Source: Pelagomonas calceolata (Eukaryota). Taken from it: a stretch of 64,000 nucleotides of DNA. Shown here piece by piece: positions 44,303-51,780 of the stretch (positions are counted from its first letter, which is position 1; each line of letters begins with the position of its first letter). A program made the translations under genes and the position numbers. The notes beneath the pieces are model-generated. The model did no database searches, had not been told where the DNA came from, and saw only the letters and a program-made list of their open reading frames with translations. The stretch is from contig CAKKNE010000001.1 of NCBI GenBank assembly GCA_918797485.1, positions 4,402,001 to 4,466,000 of the forward strand, given 5' to 3'.

Positions 44303-45281
44303 ACGACGACCCGTACTGAAGCAGGCTTGGTGGGGAGTAAGTTGCGGGGATGCAGCTTCTCTGTCGGACTCTATGCTCGATTGCTCGTCCCGCGCGTCGT
44401 TCGTGTGCTGTGGTCGTAGTGATGCCCCCGTCGCCCCCCCCGCAGCTTGCCCTGGAGCTGCCCTCCTGTCCCGGACCGGTAGCAGGGCTAGGCAGAGGGC
44501 TATTCGGATGCTGGCCAGCTTCATCCTTAGGGCAAGCCGCGAAGGAGGCCCAGCACGAACAAGCCGGCGGAAGATAAGCGGGTCCGCACGCCGCGCACAA
44601 CGAATCTCACGAAAGTCGAGTGCTCGAAAAGTACTCAAGGCTCTGCCTTACCGTCCGGCGCAGCTTTTTCCAGCTCTCCGCGCCGCCTCGGATTCAAAAA
44701 TAAGCTCTGACACGACAAACAGGGCTAAAGCACGCGGCTACCACCCTCCAACAAGCCCACTTCTCTCCACTCGCCGCCACGTGATGACCATGAACACCAC
44801 CGCGCTCACGCCAGCCGACGCTAAAAGCGGCGCGGCGCAGACGCCGCCCCTGGCCGAGGCCTGCCGCGGCCCGGCGACGATGCCGCTGGGAATCCTCGAC
44901 GGCGCCGCGCGTCAGCCCGTCTACACGATGGCCCGACAGCCGAGGCCGCTCGCGCGCGACGGGACGCCGCTGTCCCGACGGTTCTCTCCGCCAATCCCAG
45001 CGCCGGCGCCGGCCGATACGAGCATGACGATCCCGCCGGCCCAAATACCGAGCTCCGCCGAGGTCACGCCCAACGTGGCGTATAGAGGCCTCGGCGACGA
45101 CTGAAAAATTGAAAGATGTTGCCCGCGCGCGGCCCAAGGCCGACGCGACGCGCCCCAATTCGCATGAGAAATCCCCTGAAAATCCCCCCTGTGGTCCTGT
45201 AAGAAGAGACATGTTACTCTAAGCCCAAATCGCATGGGAACTCATAAACCCCCAGTAGTGTCTTGTAGTAGAGAAGACATG

Positions 45282-46226
45282 TTACTTTTGCACGCTGACC
45301 GACGCCTCGCCCTGACGGGCCAGGTTCGCGCCGCGAAACGCGGAGAGCCACTCGTAGGAAGCCCCGCGCGGGTACCGCTGCCCGCCGTGCGTCTCCGCCC
45401 ACTTTTCGAGGTACTGCGGTTTGTAGCCCCAGGGATACGTCGTCTTCGCGTTCTCCGTCACGTAGGGCGCGTTCGAATCTCCTGACCGCAGCAGGCGCCA
45501 GGCGTCGCCCTTCGCGTCGCGGGCGAAGACGTACGCGCCGCACGGGGCGAATTTGAGGTCCACCGTGAGCTCGACCCCGAGGAGACGGGAGACAAGTGCA
45601 ACGCTCGCCGCATGGCTAGTGAGGACAACCGTCGACCGCCCTCGTCCTAGCTCGGCGTCGAGCAGCTCCGTCAAGTTCCACTCCGTCGCGGCCATGCGCT
45701 CCAGGTATCCCAACGGCCACGTCTCCTCGTCGTCGCCGGTGTGCGGGTCGGCCCGGTCAACAAGCCGAGGAAAATACTGGAAGCGCTCGGCGTAGGGCGC
45801 CACGTTCCGCGGGTGGTGGAGCACCTCCGCGATCTCCGGATATAGCTCCAAAGGCACGTCCAACGCGTCGCAGAGCGGCGTAATCGTCTGCAGACACCGT
45901 AGGTAGGGCGAGCTGAGCACGCGCACCGCGCCGCCTCGCCGTTTTAGTGTTGCGGCCGCAGCAGTCCCGAGCTGCCGCGCCTGCCGGTGCCCGAGCGTAG
46001 AGAGCGGCGGGTCGCGCGGGTAGCGCCCGAGGGCCTGGATGCGGGCCCTCCACGCCGGCATGGCGTAGTCCATGCGGTCGCCGTGGCGCACGAGCACGAG
46101 CCACTGCGTTGCCTCGGCGCCGTCGCAGCCGAGCGCTTCCTTTTTTGATTTATAAATGCCCAGTGCCGCTATTACCACTCCCGCGATGGCCGTGGCGAGG
46201 ACGGTCGGCCACTGGCGCTCCATCAT
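45282..46226 (-). CDS. Histidine phosphatase (PGM-like) with N-terminal membrane anchor
   Basis: LVRHGDR, DPPLS..G..QA, SSPYLRCLQT, VLTSH. Confidence 0.88.
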   Translation of the reverse strand: MMERQWPTVLATAIAGVVIAALGIYKSKKEALGCDGAEATQWLVLVRHGDRMDYAMPAWRARIQALGRYPRDPPLSTLGHRQARQLGTAAAATLKRRGGAVRVLSSPYLRCLQTITPLCDALDVPLELYPEIAEVLHHPRNVAPYAERFQYFPRLVDRADPHTGDDEETWPLGYLERMAATEWNLTELLDAELGRGRSTVVLTSHAASVALVSRLLGVELTVDLKFAPCGAYVFARDAKGDAWRLLRSGDSNAPYVTENAKTTYPWGYKPQYLEKWAETHGGQRYPRGASYEWLSAFRGANLARQGEASVSVQK

Positions 46227-46631
46227 TGTTGCGTCGGCGGCGTTGCTGCGGTGAGTTGCTGCTGCAGTGGCACGCAGCGTGGTGCCAGGAGATGCTGCGC
46301 GTGTAGAAGTTGGGTTTTGCAGTCTACGACCACTGTCGATGCCAAACGCGTTGTGCAAGCGCTGGCGCGTGTAAACGATCGCTAGGCGAGCCTGAGCAGT
46401 CAAAATTACAGGTGGCAAAGAGAGCGCCTCAGCCTCGAGTTTTGAAAGCGGTGTACGCGCCGACGTAACGTGATTCAAGCTTTGCGTGCAAGCACGTGTG
46501 GCCCGCGGTCAGGAGCAGACAAATCAAATCTCACAGTCACGCCGTCGCGCGCGCAGCACTCCACCAGTGGCACACCAGGTAGTTTTGCAGCAATAACTCG
46601 CCGCAGCGCGAAGCATTGCTGGAAATAAGCT

Positions 46632-47357
46632 ATGATGCTACTCAGCACGCTCAAACTGCTCGCATGCATCGCACCGCTGCACGCCCTGACGCCGCCGAAG
46701 TCGCATGCCGCGCCGACGCCGTCGGTGCGACGACGGACAGCAGCAATGCGCGTGCGCGGCGGCGACAACGCGACGGATGCGCTACGCGTCCGCGGCGGAA
46801 CCGGCAAGAAAGCCAAGAAACCGAGGAAGAGAGGGACACGTCGATGGCCTACTTACGGTAGGAGTAGTCGAGACCGGTCTCGCCGCGAGAGTCGAGTCGA
46901 GTCGAAGCCTGCGGACGCCCCAGTCGTCGAAACGCCCGTCGCAAAGGATTTCAACCAGCTCAAAGAAGTACCACAGGGTTGGATCGACCGCACCTGTGAA
47001 GAATCAAATTTCGCGGCGCTTCGAATCATGACGATGCACCCGACTCACTGGTTGATTTCCACACAGGACCGCACGATCAACTTCCTCGAGGCGCCCGTCA
47101 CGGAGCTGTTGATCGGCGCCACGGCCGTGTCGTTGAGTTTGATGGAGATCCAACGACAAATTATCGAGCTCGGCACGCGGGAAGCCGACTACTCCGTGCT
47201 GTTTCTCGCGGCGACGCGGATGCTCAAGGCATTCCTCGCTGTGTTGCGCTCGACGCGCATGGCTCTGCGCGGCTACAAGTCCTACGCGGTCATCAAGAAA
47301 GGAGAAAACGTCTACCTCAAGAAACTACCGGCGACCGACGATGACGGTGTTGTGTAA
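46632..47357 (+). CDS. Hypothetical signal-peptide/membrane protein interrupted in frame by an introner
   Basis: Signal peptide, two RVRGG motifs and C-terminal hydrophobic helices. Confidence 0.55.
   Translation: MMLLSTLKLLACIAPLHALTPPKSHAAPTPSVRRRTAAMRVRGGDNATDALRVRGGTGKKAKKPRKRGTRRWPTYGRSSRDRSRRESRVESKPADAPVVETPVAKDFNQLKEVPQGWIDRTCEESNFAALRIMTMHPTHWLISTQDRTINFLEAPVTELLIGATAVSLSLMEIQRQIIELGTREADYSVLFLAATRMLKAFLAVLRSTRMALRGYKSYAVIKKGENVYLKKLPATDDDGVV
46986..47074 (+). mobile_element. Short introner (73 bp) with 8-bp TSD
   Basis: TSD GACCGCAC at 46986-46993 and 47067-47074; ends CTGTGAAGAATCAAA / CTGGTTGATTTCCACACAG match the 5354-5518 element. Confidence 0.85.
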
Positions 47358-47372
47358 TAACATAGTTCTAAT

Positions 47373-48260
47373 TTATGCTGCCGCCTTCTTCTTCGATGGC
47401 GCCTCCCCACCACTCGCGGCTGCGGCGCGCTTCTTGCTGTCGCGCCGCGCGACGGCCGCGAGCCGCCGTTCTTCGATCGCCGCGGCCGTCGCCGCATCAA
47501 TTGTAGAAGAGGGCAGCTCGAACTCGGGCGCCGGCGCCGCGCTCCCCCTACCAGACGCCTCGCCCGCGACGCCGCGCTGCACGAGCGCGTCCGCGCGCTC
47601 GTTCAGCGCGTCGCCGCTGTGGCCCTTGACGTGCTCCAACGCGAGTTTCCGCTTCCGCCGCGTGCCCTCGGAACAGTACAGGTCCCTACACGTCTTCGCG
47701 AGGTCGACGTTCTTGTGGGCCCGGAACGCGCCGGACGTGATGTTCGCCGCGTACGTGGAATCATAACATAAAGCCGCCGGCCCGTCGCTCCCCTCCTCGT
47801 CGCGCAGCCACAGCAGGGCTTCGGCGACGCCGCTGAGCTCGCCCGTGTTGTTCGATTTTTTCTCCGCGCCGAGGTAGTGCGCGTGTCCCGAGTCGATCAC
47901 GACCGGCCCCCACCGCTCCGCCAGCACCTTGCCGTCGCGGACCGCGATGAACCCCCAGCCCGCCGGCTGGTCCCGCTTACTGTCGACGTTCTGGTTGCCG
48001 CGGCAGCCGCCGTCCGTGTAGACGGCGACGGTGCCCTTCGGCGGCTTGTACGTTGTACGCTTCGGCTTCGTCGTGGACGAAGCGCGCGTGGCGGGCGCGG
48101 GGCTCCCGCGCACAAACGCCGCGGCCTCGGACTGGCTCTTGAACTTCTTGAACCGCGCGCCCGCGAAGCCGCTCACGAGTCTCTCGGCCTCGGGCCAGGA
48201 CCCGAAGACGCCCGTTGCTCTTCCTCTAGCTACGGCGTAGAACATGCGCTGGGCGGACAT
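47373..48260 (-). CDS. RNH1: Ribonuclease H1 with N-terminal hybrid-binding (Cauli_VI) domain
   Basis: FYAVARGRATGVFGSW..FKKF; VYTDGGC, NNTGEL, YDSTY, HVKGHSG..NERADAL. Confidence 0.92.
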   Translation of the reverse strand: MSAQRMFYAVARGRATGVFGSWPEAERLVSGFAGARFKKFKSQSEAAAFVRGSPAPATRASSTTKPKRTTYKPPKGTVAVYTDGGCRGNQNVDSKRDQPAGWGFIAVRDGKVLAERWGPVVIDSGHAHYLGAEKKSNNTGELSGVAEALLWLRDEEGSDGPAALCYDSTYAANITSGAFRAHKNVDLAKTCRDLYCSEGTRRKRKLALEHVKGHSGDALNERADALVQRGVAGEASGRGSAAPAPEFELPSSTIDAATAAAIEERRLAAVARRDSKKRAAAASGGEAPSKKKAAA

Positions 48261-48696
48261 TGTCGTCGCGTCGGCGGCGCGTCGGCTTCCTGTAATGCCT
48301 GGCGCGTCGGCGGCGCGTCGGTGCTGCCCGTTGACTCTGCACAGTGCAGCCTCAGCAGGAGTGCGCACGGCGGCGGCGTCGGTCTGCGCGCGCGCAGTTC
48401 TCAATGAAACGAAGTCGCAGCAGCCCTGCGACGAAGCGTGAATGTCGCAAAGGGTTTTTACCGCGCGTCTTAGCGCCGCTTCGCAGGTGCACCAACGACA
48501 AGGTACCTTACCCTATAAGTATAGTACCTCTTGCCAACGAGGCCCGCCAACCGGCGAACTTCCGTCAACAGAGCGGTCCAGAGGCGTCTCGCAGCAGTGC
48601 TCGTCTGGACCTTTGATCCGTTCCCAGGAGGAGCTAACCGGCGCCGTGCCGAGCTCCATAGACTCGCGCCACACCCGAGAAAATCACCCATCAGTC

Positions 48697-51031
48697 ATGG
48701 CGAACCCTATTGTTTGCATCAGCGTCTTAGTACGTCAAAGTGACAGCGCTCTGCGATTTTCGTGCAACCGCGGCAATCAGCGACCGAGGAAAGGCCAGGA
48801 GGCCTGCCTCGCTGATGCTCTGCGCGCGTGACGCGCGGCGGCGCCCTGCAGCAAGCGAGCAGCCACGAGTGGAGCACGCCCGTCGCCGCCGCAGCCCTGC
48901 ACGCATCCACATAAAACATGCAAAAAATCCGCCGCGACCGCCGACCGCCAAAACGCGCGCAGGTCTTCTTCGACATGTCCATCGGCGGCCAGCCGGCGGG
49001 GCGCATCGAGATGACGCTCCGCGCGGACGTCGTCCCGAAGACGGCCGAGAACTTCCGCTGCCTCTGCACGGGCGAGAAGGGTGCCGCGGCCGCGTCCCTC
49101 TTTTCTCAAACAACTCCGTGGCGCAATGGATAGCGTATCAGACTTCGAATCTGGGGGTTGCGGGTTCGAGTCCCGTCGGAGTTGTTTCGCCGATCGCGCG
49201 GCGGCCGTTCAGTATCCGTGGCCGAGTTGGTCTTTCATCTATGATGAACCATGAAGGCGTTGGATTTAAGCCCCAATCTCTTCGGAGGCGTGGGTTCGAA
49301 CCCCACCGGATGCACACATGAACGCCGTCGACGCGACACCGGACGGACTGGAAAATCTGAAGGTCGCGGGTTCGACTCCCGCATCGGTCTCTCCGCGGAT
49401 TGGACTTTGTGCAAGATAGTGTGGCCGAGTGGTTAAGGCGGTAGACTTGAAATCTACTCCCGTAAGGGTCGCAGGATCGATTCTCACAAAATCGATGCGC
49501 GTTCGAACCCTGTCACTATCGCGCACGTTGATGATGTGGCCGAGTGGTCTAAGCTCCTGTGAGCGACCAGAGGCGCTGGTTTTAGGCACCAGTCTTCGGG
49601 CGTGGGTTCGAACCCCACCATCATCACGACAAGTCCTTTCCGCACATTTGTATCCGTGGCCGAGTTGGTCTAAGGCGTTGGATTTAAGCCCCAATCTCTT
49701 CGGAGGCGTGGGTTCGAACCCCACCGGATGCATTTGGACCGATTGGCGCAACGGTAGCGCGTCAGATTCCAGTCCTGAAGGTTACGCGTTCGAATCGCGT
49801 ATCGGTCATAGAGCGCGTGTCGACGGTACGTTCCTACGCAGGCACGGGCCGCTCGGGCAAGCCGCTCTACTTCAAGGGCTCCACCTTCCACCGCGTCATC
49901 ACGGACTTCATGTGCCAGGGCGGCGACTTCACGCGCGGCAACGGTGCCGCGGCCGCGTCCTATGCATATTTGGGGGTGTAGCTCAGTGGCAGAGCGTCCG
50001 CTTTGCATGCGGAAAGCCCAGGGTTCAAACCCCTGCTCCTCCACACACACACAACTCCGTGGCGCAATGGATAGCGTATCAGACTTCGAATCTGGGGGTT
50101 GCGGGTTCGAGTCCCGTCGGAGTTGTTGCTGCTCGACGGCGCGGAGGTGGAGCCTCGCACGCCGAGACCGGGCCGGTCACGCGCGCACGCGCAGGCACGG
50201 GCGGCGAGTCCATCTACGGCGAGAAGTTCGCCGACGAGAACTTCCAGCTCCGCCACACGGGCCCCGGCGTGCTCTCGATGGCCAACGCCGGCCCGGGCAC
50301 GAACGGCTCCCAGTACCGCGGCCGCGTCCTTTCATTCAACTCCGTGGCGCAATGGATAGCGTATCAGACTTCGAATCTGGGGGTTGCGGGTTCGAGTCCC
50401 GTCGGAGTTGTTGCTCGATAGCGTGGTGCGTCTCGACGCACCACGATCTGGACGGACTGGAAATCTGAAGGTCGCGGGTTCGACTCCCGCATCGGTCTTG
50501 CTTGCGGATTGGACTACGATAGTGTGGCCGAGTGGTTAAGGCGGTAGACTTGAAATCTACTCCCGCAAGGGTCGCAGGATCGATTCTCACAAAATCGATG
50601 CGCGTTCGAACCCTGTCACTATCGCGCACAAAGTCCTTTCTGCACATTTGTATCCGTGGCCGAGTTGGTCTTTCGTCTATGACGAGCCACGAAGGCGTTG
50701 GATTTAAGCCCCAATCTCTCCGGAGGCGTGGGTTCGAACCCCACCGGATGCATTTGATACATTTGACCGATGGGCGCCACGGTGGCGCGTCAGACTCCAG
50801 TCCGATGTCAGATTCCAGTCCTCCGAGAGAGCATACAAGGGCAATGTCGACGGTACAATCACACGCAGGTTCTTCCTCTGCACGGTCAAGACCGACTGGC
50901 TCGACGGCAAGCACGTCGTCTTCGGCTCCGTGACCAAGGGCATGGACGTCGTCAAGAAGATCGAGGCCGTCGGCTCGGGGTCCGGCGCGACGGCCAAGCC
51001 GGTCGTCATCACCGACTGCGGCCAGCTCTAA
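48697..51031 (+). CDS. Cyclophilin (PPIase), 171 aa; exons 48697-48711, 48963-49080, 49842-49943, 50195-50312, 50869-51031
   Basis: Four GT-AG introns removed give [89 protein letters not shown]. Confidence 0.95.
49112..49184 (+). tRNA. tRNA-Arg(TCG), copy 1
   Basis: Acceptor AACTCCG/CGGAGTT, anticodon arm TCAGA-CTTCGAA-TCTGG, GGTTCGAGTCC. Confidence 0.93.
49212..49314 (+). tRNA. tRNA-Leu(TAA) with 20-nt D-loop intron (49234-49253)
   Basis: Identical to the intronless copy 49650-49732 once the insert is removed. Confidence 0.88.
49345..49390 (+). tRNA. Orphan 3' half of tRNA-Trp with anti-anticodon leader, copy 1
   Basis: ATCTGAAGGTCGCGGGTTCGACTCCCGCATCGGTC, preceded by GGACTGGA. Confidence 0.6.
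49415..49521 (+). tRNA. tRNA-Ser(TGA) with 26-nt T-arm intron (49476-49501)
   Basis: Acceptor GATAGTG/CACTATC-G, GTAGA-CTTGAAA-TCTAC, long variable arm; GCAGG|TTCGAAC is restored after removing the insert. Confidence 0.88.
49530..49626 (+). tRNA. tRNA-Leu(TAG) with 19-nt D-loop intron (49552-49570)
   Basis: Acceptor GATGATG/CATCATC-A, CTGGT-TTTAGGC-ACCAG; GGTCTA|AGGC is restored after removing the insert. Confidence 0.87.
49650..49732 (+). tRNA. tRNA-Leu(TAA), intronless
   Basis: Acceptor GTATCCG/CGGATGC-A, loop TTTAAGC, variable arm, GGTTCGAACCC. Confidence 0.92.
49737..49808 (+). tRNA. tRNA-Trp(CCA), contiguous, with A31-C39 mismatch
   Basis: Acceptor GACCGAT/ATCGGTC-A, D stem GCGC/GCGC, loop TTCCAGT, T stem ACGCG/CGCGT. 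Confidence 0.8.
49972..50043 (+). tRNA. tRNA-Ala(TGC)
   Basis: G3:U70 identity pair, TCCGC-TTTGCAT-GCGGA, GGTTCAAACCC. Confidence 0.92.
50053..50125 (+). tRNA. tRNA-Arg(TCG), copy 2
   Basis: Identical to 49112-49184. Confidence 0.93.
50338..50410 (+). tRNA. tRNA-Arg(TCG), copy 3
   Basis: Identical to 49112-49184. Confidence 0.93.
50454..50498 (+). tRNA. Orphan 3' half of tRNA-Trp with anti-anticodon leader, copy 2
   Basis: Same as 49345-49390 apart from one A in the leader. Confidence 0.6.
50518..50624 (+). tRNA. tRNA-Ser(TGA) with 26-nt T-arm intron (50579-50604), copy 2
   Basis: Near-identical to 49415-49521 (one variable-loop change). Confidence 0.88.
50650..50752 (+). tRNA. tRNA-Leu(TAA) with 20-nt D-loop intron (50672-50691)
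   Basis: Same body as the other Leu(TAA) copies (one variable-loop change); intron variant TTCGTCTATGACGAGCCACG. Confidence 0.87.
50765..50821 (+). pseudogene. Degenerate 5' half of tRNA-Trp with duplicated anticodon segment
   Basis: GACCGATGGGCGCCACGGTGGCGCGTCAGACTCCAGTCC, then GTCAGATTCCAGTCC again. U8, A14 and A21 are altered and no T arm follows. Confidence 0.6.
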
Positions 51032-51108
51032 GCGTCGTGGAGCGCGCGACGCGCACCGACTAGCTACCCTATAAGATTCGTCAAAACTTACTCACCCTTG
51101 ATCACTCG

Positions 51109-51402
51109 CTACTTGACGTTCTCCTGGACGACGATGAGCAGATACTCGGGGTCCGGCGCGACCATGATCTCGTGCTTGTTGCTTCGAATCCGGAAGAAGG
51201 CGAGCTCGTCCTGATCATCTAAAACGCGCACGACGTTCCTTGCTTTGGTGGCTAATTGTGAGAGTAGAGCGGCGTACGTTTGCGTTTCGTCGTCGTCGAG
51301 GTTCGATCTTATCGGTACGCCGTCGGCGGAGACGATGAGCACGCCCTTGACGCCGCGGTGGGACTGGATCCTCTTCAGGGTCTCCTCGACCTCGGACGAC
51401 AT
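51109..51402 (-). CDS. Dynein light chain roadblock (LC7)
   Basis: [45 protein letters not shown]. Confidence 0.95.
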   Translation of the reverse strand: MSSEVEETLKRIQSHRGVKGVLIVSADGVPIRSNLDDDETQTYAALLSQLATKARNVVRVLDDQDELAFFRIRSNKHEIMVAPDPEYLLIVVQENVK

Positions 51403-51780
51403 GGCGCGGTCCAAAGGCTGCCTGTCCGCTTACAGCTCCCGGTCCCTGGTGGTACTGGTTCCTGCCTTGCGCTTCCGAAAACTAGTTGCCCAGAGACGTT
51501 CTAAGGCAGCGGCGCTGTCCCGAGATCGATTACCCCGCAGACGCGTTTGGTTTTGCGCGGCGCTGGACTGTATAATATTAGCGTGGAGAGGTACTAGCGA
51601 GCCACGGAGGAAGCGACTTCTCGTAGCAGGACAGCTCGGACCCGCCCGGCGACGGATCCCTGCGAAAACACAGGCGCCATCGGGCTCGAGATCGTCGTCG
51701 TTGGGCTGCCCGCGCTCTTGGAGTCCGCGCGCCCGTCGCAGCAGCGCAAGAACGCGCACGGAACGCGTGTCGCCCCCTGC

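Noticed and set aside
44289..45104. 271-aa ORF between the WD40 and phosphatase genes
   Set aside because: No recognisable domain. Only the last ~100 codons look coding-like, which is too weak to call.
47373..48260. RNase H as a retroelement remnant
   Set aside because: It has the cellular RNase H1 architecture, with no RT, integrase or LTRs nearby.
49112..50752. Repeated units resembling a CRISPR array or prophage att sites
   Set aside because: The repeats are whole tRNA genes in a eukaryotic intron; there is no repeat-spacer periodicity and no cas or integrase gene.
49266..50933. ORFs overlapping the tRNA cluster (e.g. 49429-50421, 49266-49751, 50336-50914)
   Set aside because: They are translations of tRNA sequence plus cyclophilin exon fragments, not real proteins.
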